NCBI GenBank assembly: GCA_051294375.1
Contig: CM119267.1
Coordinates: 15,664,105-15,728,104, forward strand
Direction of reading: 5' to 3'
From: Paraspadella gotoi
Taxonomy: Eukaryota; Animalia; Chaetognatha
DNA: 64,000 bases
A program made the position numbers and the translations under genes. Position 1 is the stretch's first letter; the number at the start of each line of letters is the position of its first letter. The notes under the pieces were generated by a model. That model was not told the DNA's origin and searched no databases. It saw only the letters and a program-made list of their open reading frames with translations. Shown piece by piece: positions 32,164 to 45,882 of this stretch.

Positions 32164-34470
32164 CTAAAGATCAGTAGCCACCGTCAACGTGGTTTTATCT
32201 GTTTCGGCCGAGTCCATTTTTTTGTAAAAAAATTCTAGAGAAGAATGACGAAATTTATGATGAGTCTTCAAATTGTCTTTTCTGGTTGTGGAAAAACCAC
32301 AGTGACCACAAACAACTTTGAATTCCCCTTTTTTATGTACCGAAGCCTCGTGCCTACCTAAGTGGGACTTTGAAACAAAGGACTTGGAGCATTCGGTACA
32401 TGGAAACTTTCGCACGCGGAGATGAACCTTTCGTACATGCCCGTTAAGTTCAGAGCTGAACAAAAACGACTTGTTGCAGTAGCGACATATTTGCTGTCGA
32501 TCAGCAGCGGTCTGTCGATGGCATCGAAGAACGTGTTTTTCGAGATGGCATTTGATTACTGACTGGTAAGGGCAATGTTCGCACAAATACCGCTTCGAGT
32601 CGGGATGTAAAACCTTGTGACTGGAAAACATATGGCATTGAAGAGAAGACTTTTGCGCCGTGACGAAATCGCAGTGTTCGCAACGAAACTGTCGATGAAA
32701 AAGTCCTGGGTGCGCAGACCGTTTGTGTTGGTAGACCCCGGGCTGAGTTAGAAATTCCCGACCACACTCTTCACACAAAAACCGAGGACGTGGTTCATCA
32801 ACGTGGCTGATTTTTACATGAGTCTTGAGTCCAGATTTGGTTTTAAACTTTTTATCGCAAGAAGTGCAGGGGTAACGAACGTGCACGCGTTTAGCGTGGT
32901 GCTTCTTTAAATGCGAATCGCATTCAGCAGTAATTAAAAAGGCGAGAGAACATTGCGCGCAAGAGAGTGAAACATCCCATTTTTCAACGGCGTGACACGC
33001 GCGTGCATGAGCCGCGAAAGTTGACGGCGAAAAAATCAATGACGTCAATTTGTCCTGCCTTTTTTGAGAGTAACAACGATCGCAAAACAATTTAGTTTTT
33101 TTGTTGGAAGATCCGTCGTTCGAAACGACAACGGGAGAGTTCATATATGAAGATCCAGAAATTTTTTCTGTTAGCTCGCTCTTAAAAGAAATTTTATCGA
33201 CTGCTTTGGAAGTTTCGTCACTACTGGTAGCGGATATCGTTTTGGCGTCATTGGGAACAGCAATTGGGTCATCTTCTCCGACATCCGCAAAAGAGTCGGT
33301 GAATTTATCAGTCGTAATACTTGTGGTTTCTTTCATTGTGGATTTTTCAATCGGTTTGGCGCTTGTTAAATTGGAAGCTACGACAGTATTAGTATTTAAA
33401 GCCGAGAACTTGTCGGTCGCTTTAGCATCGTTCCTCATGTACTGATTGGTATTTATTGAACCGTTGGCCTCCTTGGCCCTGGAAGAAGTACTGCCCTCAT
33501 TAGCAACTCCATGTGTTGCACCGGTATTATAAGTACCTTGAACCGGCAGAGAGACATTATTAGTAGTAGAGTTCGGATATGACGGAACTTTTTTTGGTGA
33601 GGCGACTTCTTTACTACATTTTAATTTTATCTTTCTGTATTCAAAATCCATTTTCAACAACGGCTTGGGCGTCCGGCGGCTTTTTTTAACGGGGCTTCCA
33701 TCGTTTTTCGTTGACTCACGTTTTTTAGCAGTCTTTTCTCGCGGGCCTTTCTCACGTTCTCTTTCCTCTAAGAGACCCTGGGGAATCGCGTCTCCAGAAT
33801 TCCAAGTCTCGATTTCCATGGCTAAATCACTGGCAATGCCGACGCTAGTAACGTCACTCGGCTCGGCGTCATCGGGCGTGGTCGTCGGTTCGTCGATATA
33901 AACGTCGAGTTCCAGCTTGACTTCCACTTCATGTTTTTTTGCGATGGCTGCATCCAGGGCCACGTCCAAGGTTTTCCCGATGCCCAGCGCTCGTCCTGCA
34001 GCGAGAATGGAGTCACGGTTTTCTGAACTGGCGCCGGAGAGACCCTGGCCGTAAATCCAGTCGACAACGATGACCAACGAAGAATGGGTGACATCTGTCA
34101 AGGAGAAGAGGAAACAAATTTTCGCACAAATTTAAAACTTTTTTTATGATCCAGGAAAAAATCTCAAATTGAAAAAGATCTTTGAACCCTCCGAGCCTTA
34201 CTTTTAACAAAAAATACGTCCTCATCTAGATTTCCTTTTTTAAATTGATCTTGAAAAAAAGGTGAGGCTGCGGTGAGAATGATTTTGTGGAGGTAAATTT
34301 TGCTTTCATCAGCCACGGCGCTATCCATGGAGGTGGAGGCTATGAGTCGCAAATCGCAAAAGAAACCATTCTGACGTGAACTTAAGGAAAAAGACACTTA
34401 TGAAATTGAGGCTATTGAAACTATTAACAAGATTGAGTAAAAATTCCGGATCTGCCCACGATGAATAGCT
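32164..34470 (-). CDS. BTB/POZ plus C2H2 zinc-finger protein; start approximate
   Basis: RQNGFFCDLRL...LHKIILTAASPFF (BTB) exon at 34200-34380. The long exon carries VVDWIYG and about 10 C2H2 fingers (e.g. YPCTSCDKKFKTKSGLKTHVKISH). Confidence 0.85.
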
Positions 34471-34936
34471 GTAAGCAGCTGGTCAGATAATTAATTAATC
34501 AATTAATTAATATAAACCAAAAAAAAAAAGCATAATCAAATAAAAAAAACTTTTTTTTTCATTTAAACTCATTTCGACTCGGACGATTCTATCGAAACTT
34601 GATTACTAGCTCAAACACACAAAATTTCAAATAAATCGCAATATCCACTAATGAGTAATTGGCGTTTAAAGCTAAGGGGGGGACGAACAGACGGACGGAC
34701 GGATAGATATCGATTTTTTTTGCATAATTTATCATAATGTTATATAAATATGGAATCTACAGAGAGCAGTTCCGGCTAAAAAGGCATCAATAGTAGCTTA
34801 CCGATAAAGACAATCGAAAATTGATTGAAGGAAATAGGGTTCGACTTGATTTTCAGTCATCTGATTCGACTTTTAAAAGATGTTACTATAAGTAAAATAA
34901 AAAGAACAAAGAAACTAGATAAAACCAGAACAAAAT

Positions 34937-37900
34937 TTACCAGGGAACATTTCCAAGCAATTCGTTCCAATCAGGCCACAATTCGGCCTTAACACGTTCC
35001 ACATACGAAACTAGATTCAAGCAGGAGTTTTGTATAAAAGTTTTGTGCGGAGAATTTATCGGAATGTCCAGAATTTGACTTAGATGAGCAAAAGCACAGC
35101 AATCGGACGTGGTTAACGAATCCCCATGTAAAAATTTTTTATCGTCGAGAAATAAAGAAACTGCCTGAAAAATAATTATAACAAGCTTTATACATAAACG
35201 AACTTTCGTCGCGGAAAAATTTCGAACTGAAACCTTCAAATCATCCAATCCCAACTGGTATATCGTGGAGGTGGGTAAACGACCGTGCCCGATCCACCAA
35301 GCTTTCCATTTCATTAGCATAGGTTGAAAATACCTCAAAAATGCCCGGGCTATTGGACCCATTGGAAAAGTCCACAAGGGTAAAAACTCTTCTGTCCACC
35401 GATCAACGTATCTGGGTAGATATTTTCCTATAACAATTGTTTGCCGTGACGAAAAACTATCCACATGAGCTATGACTTACCTGTACCAAAAGTAAGAATG
35501 GACGAGGTGTTCGTCACAAAGTCTCATCAATGCGAGGGAAGCGCCGCGACTGGCTTCGTCGGGCATTTCGTCCGGCGGAACCCGTAGGTCTTTTTGAAGG
35601 CGAGGGATGATTGCGTTTGAGTCGTAGATCTCTTCGCCGTTTAACTCGACGAAAGGAATCTTGAAAAGAATGAAAAAACCTTAAAAACCTCCTAAAACAA
35701 ATTGAATTATAGGTTTATAAGTTTGAATTGTGCAAATGAGTTTGAAGGATCGGAGCAAGCATGACTTTAAGTTATTTATTTTTTTAACCTGTGAAAATTG
35801 TTTTACAACTTAAAATTAAAGATTAAAATGTAAAAAAATCTTAACGGTATAATGATATCGCCAGACGTTACGATCAAAGAAAATTAATAAAAAAATCCCT
35901 CCCCAAAAAATGATTGATGCGATAATGAATTATTGATGTAATAGTCCAGGGAGGTCCAGATCTTTTGAGACTAACTTTAAAAAATTGTTTGGACGGGTAA
36001 ATAAAAAGATAATCTTATGAAAATTAACACACTTCTAAAAAAATTTAATTATAATATAATCAATTAAAAATATGTTTTTTAGGCTACCATGACCTTCTCT
36101 AAAAGTTCAGAGAAGGCGGCATATGCTTTTTTGACCGCGCCAGTAAGGAATGCTGTCATTTCTGTAACTATTCTTGCTGTCAGAAAGTTGACATTTTTGG
36201 AGGGGATGCGGAAGACATTATACTTCCTTATCTTACATTTTTATTAATCAGGGGGAGTGCATGTTAGGGGGCAAACCTTGCGGACCCCCTAACGGGTCGA
36301 TGGGTGGCTGCAGACCAAAGGGGCAGCTTAAGAGTCTCAGCGTTGCTCGTATGCCACTAGACGCGGGCGTCAACAGTTTCACTAACCCAGAGTCACTACA
36401 CTGTAATATTGTATCTCGGGAGAGAACACAATGGATCAGTAACCACGGCTTAGTGAGCTCAAATAGATCACTAAGAAAACACTATAAGTACCCAACACCT
36501 CTGCTATAAAATATTAATCATTAACTCATGATAGCTGAGGGGAAAAATAATAATGAATCAATTAAATAATTATCAATGACGAAAGAATGAATAATCAATG
36601 AATCTTTAATTAAATAAGACAATCAATGAATGAATTAAATCCACAAATGTTTATACGGATTTCCACAAAGTTCCAATCAAGATTCCACAAGAGTTTGTTC
36701 CTGACATGCAGTCAAACGTTTTTGAGATGGATTGAAAGAAAATTTAAGCGAGTTTCCAAATATAATCCTTTGTTTCCTCTATCATAAACCGTTTTAGTGC
36801 TGTTAGCACTTGAAGTTAGTCCCACAAGAGCTGGTCCTCTCTGGAATTGATTATTGATATAATAGTAATTGATTTATGCGATGAGTCATTCATCGTAAAT
36901 ATAGGGATGGGACCCTATACCGATAAAAAATTTAAAAAATCATTACTCTAAAGCTCTTAATGATTTTTAAAATCTGAATAAATATTCGTCTCATAGCTTT
37001 TAAACGATATATGTGGATAAGGCGCTACGTGGGCTGAAGATGACTGTCCGTAACTTCTATAACCCCCTCGAGCAGCCATGGAACGGGTCCCTGGGCTTGG
37101 AACCAGGCTTGAGGGTTTGCCATGCCCCCAAGGCCGTCCTCACGCTTCCCGCAGGGTAGGTACCGGGTTGGGATTGAACCCGGTACCTAGTGGTCATGAG
37201 CTGATGGCTTTACTCAATGAGCCACCGGGTCACAACTGAAAGTGTCACGATTCTTGGCGGGGTGAACCTAGGCAATGCCCGACTACATATATTAATTAGT
37301 TTGAAATATTTTGATATTATGCTTTTCTCCACATGGTTTCGAAGAAAAATGTTTTAATACTTAAAGTTAAATCTTATTCAAATACATAAAAGTTAAAAAT
37401 ATTTTTGGAATTACTTATTTGTAGTATAATAATGCTTCTGGCAGTATTTTGATTAAAAATTGTTTAAAGACACATTTTTTTCCGCAACAAATGGTCATAA
37501 AAAACTCGGAATCAACCCACCATCGATTCGAAATAAAATTCTCTTTCGTTGGTATAAATTTAAATAATTTCTAAAAATATTTCGCTTGACCCAGGCGAGT
37601 TGAAAGCACTAGGTAACACACATCCAAATTGGAACTCTTTCTCAGTTACAATATTTATTATTTTTGATATATATTATAGTTAATTATTAAATTTCTGTGA
37701 CTGATAGATAGTTATTCTTTGTTTAATTAATTAAGAATAATCTTTTTTTACAGACAGTCCATTAATCATGAACACTCGTTCTGCACAGGGACCGAGTTTC
37801 CTCGTTTCCCGAATTTGGTATTTTGCAAGCGCTTAGCGAACTTTCGACCACCCGCGCAGAACCACCAAAGGGGCAGCAGTATTGAACGGTTCTTTGACAT

Positions 37901-40650
37901 TTTTTACACTCAGCCCAAAAACCAACGAGATAAAAATGAACTGCTTATGTCGTAGCTCTAGAATTAATAAACCTTAGGAAACTGGTGTGACGCGCGAATC
38001 CCTTGCTTCACCTGAAAACAATTCGGAAGAACTAAGAAGAGCTAAGGAAAAAGATTACATATCATATTTTTAGAGAATATGAGTATAGTAAAATTAGATA
38101 AATAATTATGCACAAAATGCGTTGTAGTTTGGCAATTTATTTAGATTTTAAAAATCAATTATCATTATATTGCCAAAAGCACACTCATAATAAAATTAAT
38201 ATATGAAGTCAGTTGATCTCGTCTCTTTTCTTTCGGCAAAGAACTCAACTTCACATGACAAAAAGGCTAGCACATACATCACGCTCGTTGGATGGTAGCT
38301 GCCTCTACATTCTCAAAATGCTGATCGTTGGTGATTCTTTCGTTTTGAGTCACACAGCAGAAAATGGATGTCTTGGTGATGTCTTATTACATCTGTGACA
38401 TTCAATTTTATACTGGTTCTGCTGTCCATCATCAGCGGATGCTCCATTCCTTACTCTCTCCCTTCATGAAGATCTAATGGCGTGGCGATCAAGGGATCGC
38501 GATGGCCCATGCGGACTAAGATTGATTTACATACCGAATATCTTTCTGCCCACTCGGTATTTTCTCGCTTTGGCTTCAAAAAAAGTCTCAAACTCAACTA
38601 GAATGTCGATGGCTGAAGCCCTCTTGAGCTCTGAAAAGGTCCAAGTAAGAAATGGGAAAGCCGGAAATATCATGCGTATATGAAAACAGCAAATTAGAAG
38701 ATTACGTTTCGGCTGATTCATGGTTATTTTTTTCAGGTTCATTTGCAATATTTTATCAATAATTTATATTAATTATATCTAATTTCAATGACTATTATAA
38801 TTTATTACACAGCTTTGTCACTTGAGCCATCCTTTTGGTCGAAACCTGTGAAGAATGTAATGATAACGCCAAATACCACTCATTCTGCAAGCTGTAAATG
38901 GATTTTCGCCACTCAATGATGCTGCGGAGAGGTGGTTAAATTTGCAAGTGATTACAATGGTTCAATAACCGTAATAAAATGCAACATGAAGCAATGCTTC
39001 AGGGCGTTGAAGAACATCGTCGATCTCACCCTAAGCCAAACAAAGTGTCTTATGACTTCAAGTTTAAAGATTCAGTTAACAATAACAACGCAAGAATTGT
39101 TTGCCTCTTGCCGTCACTTTCATGAAGAAGATAAATTGGTTTAAAAATATTAAAATTACACTCCGGTATATTTTGCTTAATACTTTAATTAATTTTTAAT
39201 AAATTACAACTACATCGGAGTTTTACATTCATTTCAATCCTAATGATAAAAACATCAACATACTGTTGGTTGTTCTTTTTGCTATGATGGTGTTTATTCG
39301 AGGTTCTTTTGTGTGTCTGTTTCCGGCAGCGATGACACATGTTTTGGAATGACCTCCCATCAACTTTCCAATGATAAGGCGTTAAATCAATGAATCTGAC
39401 GCATGTGGAACTTCGATGCCGCTGGGTCAAGCGAAATCTTTAAATAAGTTAATCATATAGCACATCATTCGAAAGAAATTTTATTCGAATCGAATGGTGG
39501 TTCCCAATTATTCTATGACCATTTGTTGCGGAAAAAAATGTGTAATAAAAAACATAAAAAAAATAGGTAATATTTGGGCAAGTTACTGTTATGGTATAAT
39601 TTTTATTAAAGCTTACTTTTATCAAAAAATGTATTAACTACATTGCCTGATAAATTATCAAATAAGATTTCTTAATTCAAAGACGGGCGTGATAAAAAAG
39701 AGAGAAAGAAAGAGAAGTCCAGCCACGGCAGAACTGATCTCGTTTTTAGACGAATCATAAGAAGCAGCCATAAAGAAAAAAAAGAGAGAGCGAACGACAT
39801 ATAATTAAAACATTTGTAATTCGTAGTAGTTTTTATTTAAAAATTGTTTTGTCATTAAAACAAACAAATCCGAGTATTGATATGAAACATGACAATGTCA
39901 AAGATCTTAATGATGAGAAACCATATTTAAATTTTTAACTTCATATGGTTACACCAATTACAATTTCCAATTATAAAAAAGCGTGACGACGACGACGACA
40001 ACGACACAGAGAAGCAATTCCAAACGATTATCTATGCCCATTGCCCATTGCCCAAGATGGGCTTAAGCCCGTCTGGCGAGATAAAACCTGGAGACGAAAA
40101 GCTTATTTAGAAAATGAATGAATAATTTTTATAATTGTTTTATAATTTGTTTTTTTTATGTAAACATGACAAAGTCGAAACGTAATAAAAATACTCAAAA
40201 GCAGCAATCCCATTCGGCATAACTAAAATTCTCTCCATCGCCACTGTTCTTCAGGCAAACATTCCCATGATAATCATGATGAGACCGATTTGAGAGAGCT
40301 AGTGAAAAAGGTCATCACACCCCGGGAATCACAGCATCATGCAAACTATCCGTGATAAAAGCTAAGCTGACCTGACTTCCGCCCCTCGAACGAGCGAAAC
40401 TTTCAATGCTGACGTAATGCACTTTCTTCAGCCTCAGCCATGATTCCATCTTGAGGGCGAAGGGCGAGACGTTGGGAATGAAGCGGAGCCTTCGAAATTG
40501 GTATAAATACACCACATCGCGCTCCCAATCTTTTTTGAAAGGACCGGAGGATCTCCGTAGGCTTCGGGCGCTGAGGACCAAGAGGATGAGAAAAAATATC
40601 ACAACAGACACTGTTGGCCAATACAAGTTTTGTACATTTTGTACAGTCAT
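34937..40650 (-). CDS. FAXC: Failed axon connections homolog (FAXC, metaxin/GST-like), with a 4.7-kb TE-filled first intron
   Basis: KKDWERDVVYLYQF...PNVSPFALKMESWLRL; IPFVELNGEEIYDSNAII; KKFLHGDSLTTSDCCAFAHLSQ...NLVSYVERVKAELWPDW. Confidence 0.88.
37012..37231 (-). mobile_element. tRNA-derived SINE-like element with a twister-like P3/P4 module
   Basis: The minus strand reads GACCCGGTGGCTCATTGAGTAAAGC...CTCATGA...CCGGGTTCAATCCC (A box, Met-like loop, B box), followed by a GC-rich body containing CCTGG-TTCCAAGC-CCAGG. Confidence 0.65.
37470..39543. mobile_element. ~2.1-kb TIR DNA transposon relic
   Basis: Terminal inverted repeat ACACATTTTTTTCCGCAACAAATGGTCATA at both ends, extending imperfectly to ~80 bp. 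The interior has broken coding-like segments; no clear TSD. Confidence 0.7.
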
Positions 40651-40975
40651 TTTCTAGCCACAAATAGGAATATGGGGAATGTAACAAAATAAAGTTTGTC
40701 GCGATTGTTTAATTCCAGTTATTTTGAGATTTTTTAAACGAATGGCAATCTCGACTTTTCCTTTTTTTGATAGAAAGAATAAGAAAAATAAGCGAAACAA
40801 GGAAACGTGAAAAAGGCTATGAAGAGATATATTTCTTTTATTTCACAAAATATTTTTTGTCTGAGATAAGAGATGATTTAATGGCTTGAAATGCAATGAT
40901 ATACGCAAGTACAGGATGAGTTTTTAATACTAAATTGAAAGAAAATCGAAAAAGTTGAATTAAATCATAAGTTCA

Positions 40976-42425
40976 TTATGGTTTTCCAATTTGCTCGACG
41001 AAACCGTCGCCTTGGAAACCATCATACAAGAAAAAGTTGTTGTGAGGCGCGTCTTTGAGTGAAACCGCCTTTATGACTTCACCACCCAGTACGCCACCAA
41101 CGATGGCGCACACCGGAGACAACTCTGCGAGAGAAAATGACGCCCAAGTCGGGGATAACTTGGACGGCGGGAGACCTAGTTCCGTGAGCAATGACGACGC
41201 AATCGATTCCAGCTCCGGAACAACTTCCGCTCGTCTGGAGGGATCGGGAAGGGCTCCTTCGTGGGATGAGCGGTACCGATGAACGACCCTCATCACGGCG
41301 TATGTTTCGGAGAGCCTCTTGACCTGCTTCTCCAACTCTTTGGCCGACCAATCCACCTTTTTCCAGGCGTTTTGCAAGGGAGCAAATGAGACGTGCTTTT
41401 TGACTGTCACCGTTTCCATTGGCGGAGGTGCGGCTTTTTTAACTGATTGGAACGTGTCCCCATCCGGTCGGGATCGCTTTTCCGGGGGTTCGCCGTCCCC
41501 GAAGCCCTCGGAAACGGCTTCGGGGTTCGATTTAGCAGCCGGTTTTTGAATCTCTTCCGCGAAATCGTGTTCGCCCAGATCCGCGAAAAAATATCCGTGA
41601 ATGCCGAAGACGTCGCCGGCAAAGAACTTCTTGCCTGCACATAAATATTTCTGAACATCATAGGATGAAATTTAATCGTTCAAACTGATTTTAATTTAAA
41701 TACCGAGATTGTGGCATATATCCGAGATTCTCAGCAGTTGCGCTTCTGTTGCGTCCGTCAACACTATAACATCAAACGCTTTAAAAAATTCCTCGTCTTT
41801 CTCTGCGAGAGGATTGGAATCCACTGTTATCTTCACCATGGGATTCAGCTTTTGCGCTCGCTACATTGAAAAAAAAAGACACAAACAACAATACTATTAC
41901 TTTTAATCATATGACTTACGGCAACGGCGACTTCAGCTCGATTTTTTCCAACAGAATCTCTGGGTAAAAAAAATGCGGACTGACAGTCCGTGTCGCTGAC
42001 GAGTCGGTGGTCACAAAGTGTAATACGATCTACCCCGGAAAGGATCACGTTTTTCCCCACTTCACATCCCAAGCCTAAAAAAAGAAGGCAATCGGCATAT
42101 TAAAATTTTAGATTTTAAACAAAATCTTCCATGGTATATCCTTTCTTTTCGTTGTTGTATAGAGATTTACAAGGAAATTTGAATTGTTACAACGATTTTA
42201 TTATTAATAAGTTGCAAAATCTTACAATTTTTTAATAAAATTCTTACAAAAAAGTTTTCAAATGCAGTTCATTAATTTTCTACCTGTTAACCCTGCGAGA
42301 AAAACGTTGGCCGCCCTGAGCCTTCGCTGAGCGTCCAAGCCCCATAATCGAATCTGCCGATCGTAAAGAGCAGCCTCGTCTTCGCTGATGTCTACCGATG
42401 CGTCGCCAACTTCGTCGACGGCCAT
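40976..42425 (-). CDS. SAE1: SUMO-activating enzyme subunit 1 (Aos1), multi-exon
   Basis: ISEDEAALYDRQIRLWGLDAQRRLR; EVGKNVILSGV; GKNRAE; ELSPVCAIVGGVLGGEVIKAVSLKDAPHNNFFLYDG. Confidence 0.95.
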
Positions 42426-42704
42426 ATTGCAAGAGATTTTTGAATAATAATCTTCAAAAATCAACCAGATATATAGTATAATTCGAAAATATTAATCCAC
42501 CGTGGGCAAAAAGGAATACGAAAAAAGCACCAAATAAAAAAAGCAAAAGATAACCACGATAATAATTATTAGTAGTTTGAAGTTAATAGATAACCATCCA
42601 ACATGTGGGCTCTAAGATTATAAATAAGCTTTGTGTAACGAATTGCTTTTTTTTTTTCAAATTAACAAGCTAATTATAATCTCACATAATAAATTGGCAC
42701 AGGC

Positions 42705-45700
42705 TTAGTCGCTGACGTCAGATTCGAAATCACTGCAAGTCCAGAAAGTGGCGTTGTCAGAGGAACAGCTTTTTGTGAGGCTATTCGCGGACCCAGTATC
42801 GGCGGAGTTCACGGAACCCAACGGCGCCGGATCTGACGGGTTGACCGGAATTAGACGCCCTGATAGATTTTCGACCACATCATCGACACCGTTTTCCAAC
42901 GGCGTTGATTTTGAAGCTCTCGAGGGAATCGTCGCGATATCGCCGAGATCACAGTCTCGCTTTGGACTAAACTCCTTCGCGACGTCGACGGTCGCCAGAA
43001 AGGAAGAGTTTGTTGCGATTGGCTCTTTGATTGGGCTGTTTGGATTTATTCGGTCCAAAATTAAAGAAGACTTTGGTTCGGAGTTTTTGAGAGTTGTAGA
43101 ATGGCTCTCTATCCCGTCTTTTCGCCTAGCTCCTTCCATCTCCGCCGATCCAGCGGCCGGAGCGGAAGCAATTTTAGGATCACAACTCAATTCACATTTT
43201 GTTTTGGAGCGAATTTTTAATCGAGATAACAAGGAAGACGAATTAGTCCTTTCCCTCTTGTCGGCATAGTTCCCCTCGGCAGTAGTTTTGGAAGGCAGGC
43301 ATGCGGCGAGAAAGGTTGATCGGCGACCCTTTTTGAGTCGCCAGGCGGGCATGGAGGCCCGAAATCGCTCACGTCTATTCTGGGGCGTCACATCTTCAGG
43401 ACTTTCGACGGAGCTCCGGAAAAACTCGGCCCAAATGGGTCGGCGACTGGAGACGCGGCCCTTCAAATCCCAGGATTCGGGAATCCACGGGGACGTTAGT
43501 CCCTCAACGACAACGGCTCCGAATCCCGAGTAAAGAGCCGCAGCCCTAGCGTCCATTGAAAGGTTAACTTCGGGTTCAATGATTGGAGACGAAAGCGTTA
43601 GAATAATTTTGAGGCGATCGCCATTCGATCCGGTTGGATTAACGAAAGGGCCACCAAGGGCATCACCGCCACGGGCCGGCGTCGTCGGGGAGGAATTGCT
43701 GACAAGGAGTGAGGTGCTGACGTTCTCCCCAATTCTTTCAACCATTGATGGGGAATCAAAGGACGAATTGGAAGCGGAACCATCGACGGCCAACTCGTTA
43801 TTAACTAAAGCGGCCCCAGCGGCAAAACGTGCCGAAGAAGCCGCCAACAGCTGTTTTAGGCGAAGCACTTCCCACGTGGCGCCAATAGATTTTCTCGGAT
43901 ATGCTACGTCGCTTACAACGACCACCGGCGAGTTTCGCGTCGATGCCGCCGTTTCATGAAGGGCGTCCCGGAGTGTGGCGAGGGCTCCGCGCGTTTTGTC
44001 CGGATCGTTAGAGTAAAAAAAGGCATTGACTATTGAAAATGCCTTTAGACCGTCGGCTAGACGGAAGGTGGCGCGCGATAGAATCGCGCCCCCTAAAGGG
44101 CACTCATAGTCTTTCGCCTTGACCAGTTTCATGTTTTGAGCTGAGTCGTAAAGAAACCCGACGAGGCGTCTGTCGCGAGCGTGGGAGACGGTGCTGCGCC
44201 AATTTCCTCGCGCACCCGCCCAGCCTCGCGACACAGGAAGGGACGGATCGTTAAGCTCAGAACAGAGGTGTTCAACAACATTGACGTCGCGCAGGTCCTG
44301 TAACGCCAAGATGGCAAGGCCGGACTCGAGCGTCGTCATAACAACGACGTCTGTGACCCCGACGTTGCTGATCTTCGCGTTGCCGCAACTCTGAAGATTC
44401 CAAGAGGCAACGCGAAAAACTTTTTTGTCGCCGCGACGATAATCAAAGGGCGTAACTACGCTTGGTGAAAGTCTACGCGGAACTAGATCGATAATAGATG
44501 TGGATTGGGGGCGTGGCGTCGTCTTAAAAGCCACGGAGGCACTATCTCGGGCATGCCTCAGTGATGCCGTGTCCGACTTGACGCTGACGTCATCGACGGC
44601 GGAAGTCTTGGAAGTGCCGTCGCATATTCCGGAGTCGTCACGCTGGGACGATGAGGCACAATGATCATTCACGGACGAAGCAATGGAGGATTCTCGGGGA
44701 GTGGCGCAAAGAAAAGGCTTTAAGTCTTCCACGAAGGATGCGTCGATACCCTTAATACGGAGAAGCTCCTCGACGCTATCAAACTCCCCAAAATGAAGGC
44801 GATGGAGGCAGATACGTTGTGCGAGCGATTGGGAAAGGCGAGGCACTGTCATGAGCTGTTTCAAGGAGGCTCGGTTAACATCTAGGGAAGCACCGGCGGA
44901 ACTACAAGGTCCGCTCGCTGTCCGGCGATGGAATGGGCGACACTCTGACGCACTTAGCTTATAAGGAATCGAGGCACGTTCTCTTTGCGGAGTATAGTTA
45001 CCAGGTGACAAAGAAGAACTTTCCATGGGCGCAGCTACAGAAAAGTCGGCGACGGTTTTACGAAAAGGGAAAGATGGTTCGAAGTTGAGGAGCGAAGGAC
45101 TGCAACTGGTGGAAATGCGTCGTGAGCGGTACTTCCGGGGAGTAGCGGGCTGAAGGAGAAAAAAAAATTCTTAAAGAATTAAGGAACTTTCTCAATTTAT
45201 TAATAATCTGAAGCAATATATGTACATTATGCATACATATTACATAAGTTCTAACCTGAAGAGGAGATGACCTTCTCGAGTCCAACTTCGGTGGTTTCAG
45301 AGTAATCTCTCTCCGGATAGCGTTCACCTTGGCAGCGCCGAATCCGCTGACGACGGCGAGGTCTTCCAGGAATCTGAATCCGCCGATGCGCTCGCGGTGA
45401 CGAACGACATTCTCCGCCAAAAATCGGTCGATTCCCGGTAGGGTCATTAGCTCTTCTGCCGAAACCGAATTAATGTCCAGTCGGTGGTCGGGCAAGTAGC
45501 TATAATTATATATATATATAATTATAGTTATTACGAAACCATCACTCAAAAAAAAAAAAAGAATAACAAATAGTGAATAAATCATTGCTTCCGAGGCAAC
45601 TCACTTTTCAGGCCCTGCAGAGGATTCCGCCATCGAAGCCCTCAATCCATCGACATCTTCCCGGGAATTAAAGTGAAAGGAATCGCTCAGTTCCTTTCCT

Positions 45701-45882
45701 CCCCATTTTGATTTTTTCACCCTCTTTTCAACCTCACGTTTTCCCGGTGGCATGCTGATCACGCGCGTGGTCGGCGCCTCGGCCCCGAAGGCCCCGGTCA
45801 GCTTCTTCGCATCGTTTGGGGCGTTTCGCGGCGTGGGCATCAGAGATTGTTGCTTTACGCAGGCGCCGTTCACGCCTCCCAT
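42705..45882 (-). CDS. EEPD1: Endonuclease/exonuclease/phosphatase domain protein 1 (two HhH + EEP domain)
   Basis: MG N-terminus; LDINSVSAEELMTLPGI...GGFR.LEDLAVVSG.G; second HhH LDVNRAS...; FRVASWNLQ; GLTSPWIPESW...VSSRRPIWAEF. Confidence 0.9.

Larger units (their letters stand above)
35838..40086 (+). mobile_element. Helentron/HINE-like element with nested insertions filling FAXC intron 1
   Basis: 5' AAAAAATCTTAA...GATATCGCCAGACG (35855-35867) is inverted relative to CGTCTGGCGAGAT (40070-40082). (GAC)n microsatellite at ~39985; 3' hairpin GATGGGC-TTAA-GCCCGTC. Confidence 0.5.

Noticed and set aside
34560-34760. DINE-1-like fragment with an ACAGACGGACGGAC microsatellite
   Set aside because: No termini could be defined, so the evidence is too thin to annotate as an element.
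40165-40190. GAC-AAA-GTC-GAAAC-GTA hammerhead-like half
   Set aside because: The CUGANGA core is absent.
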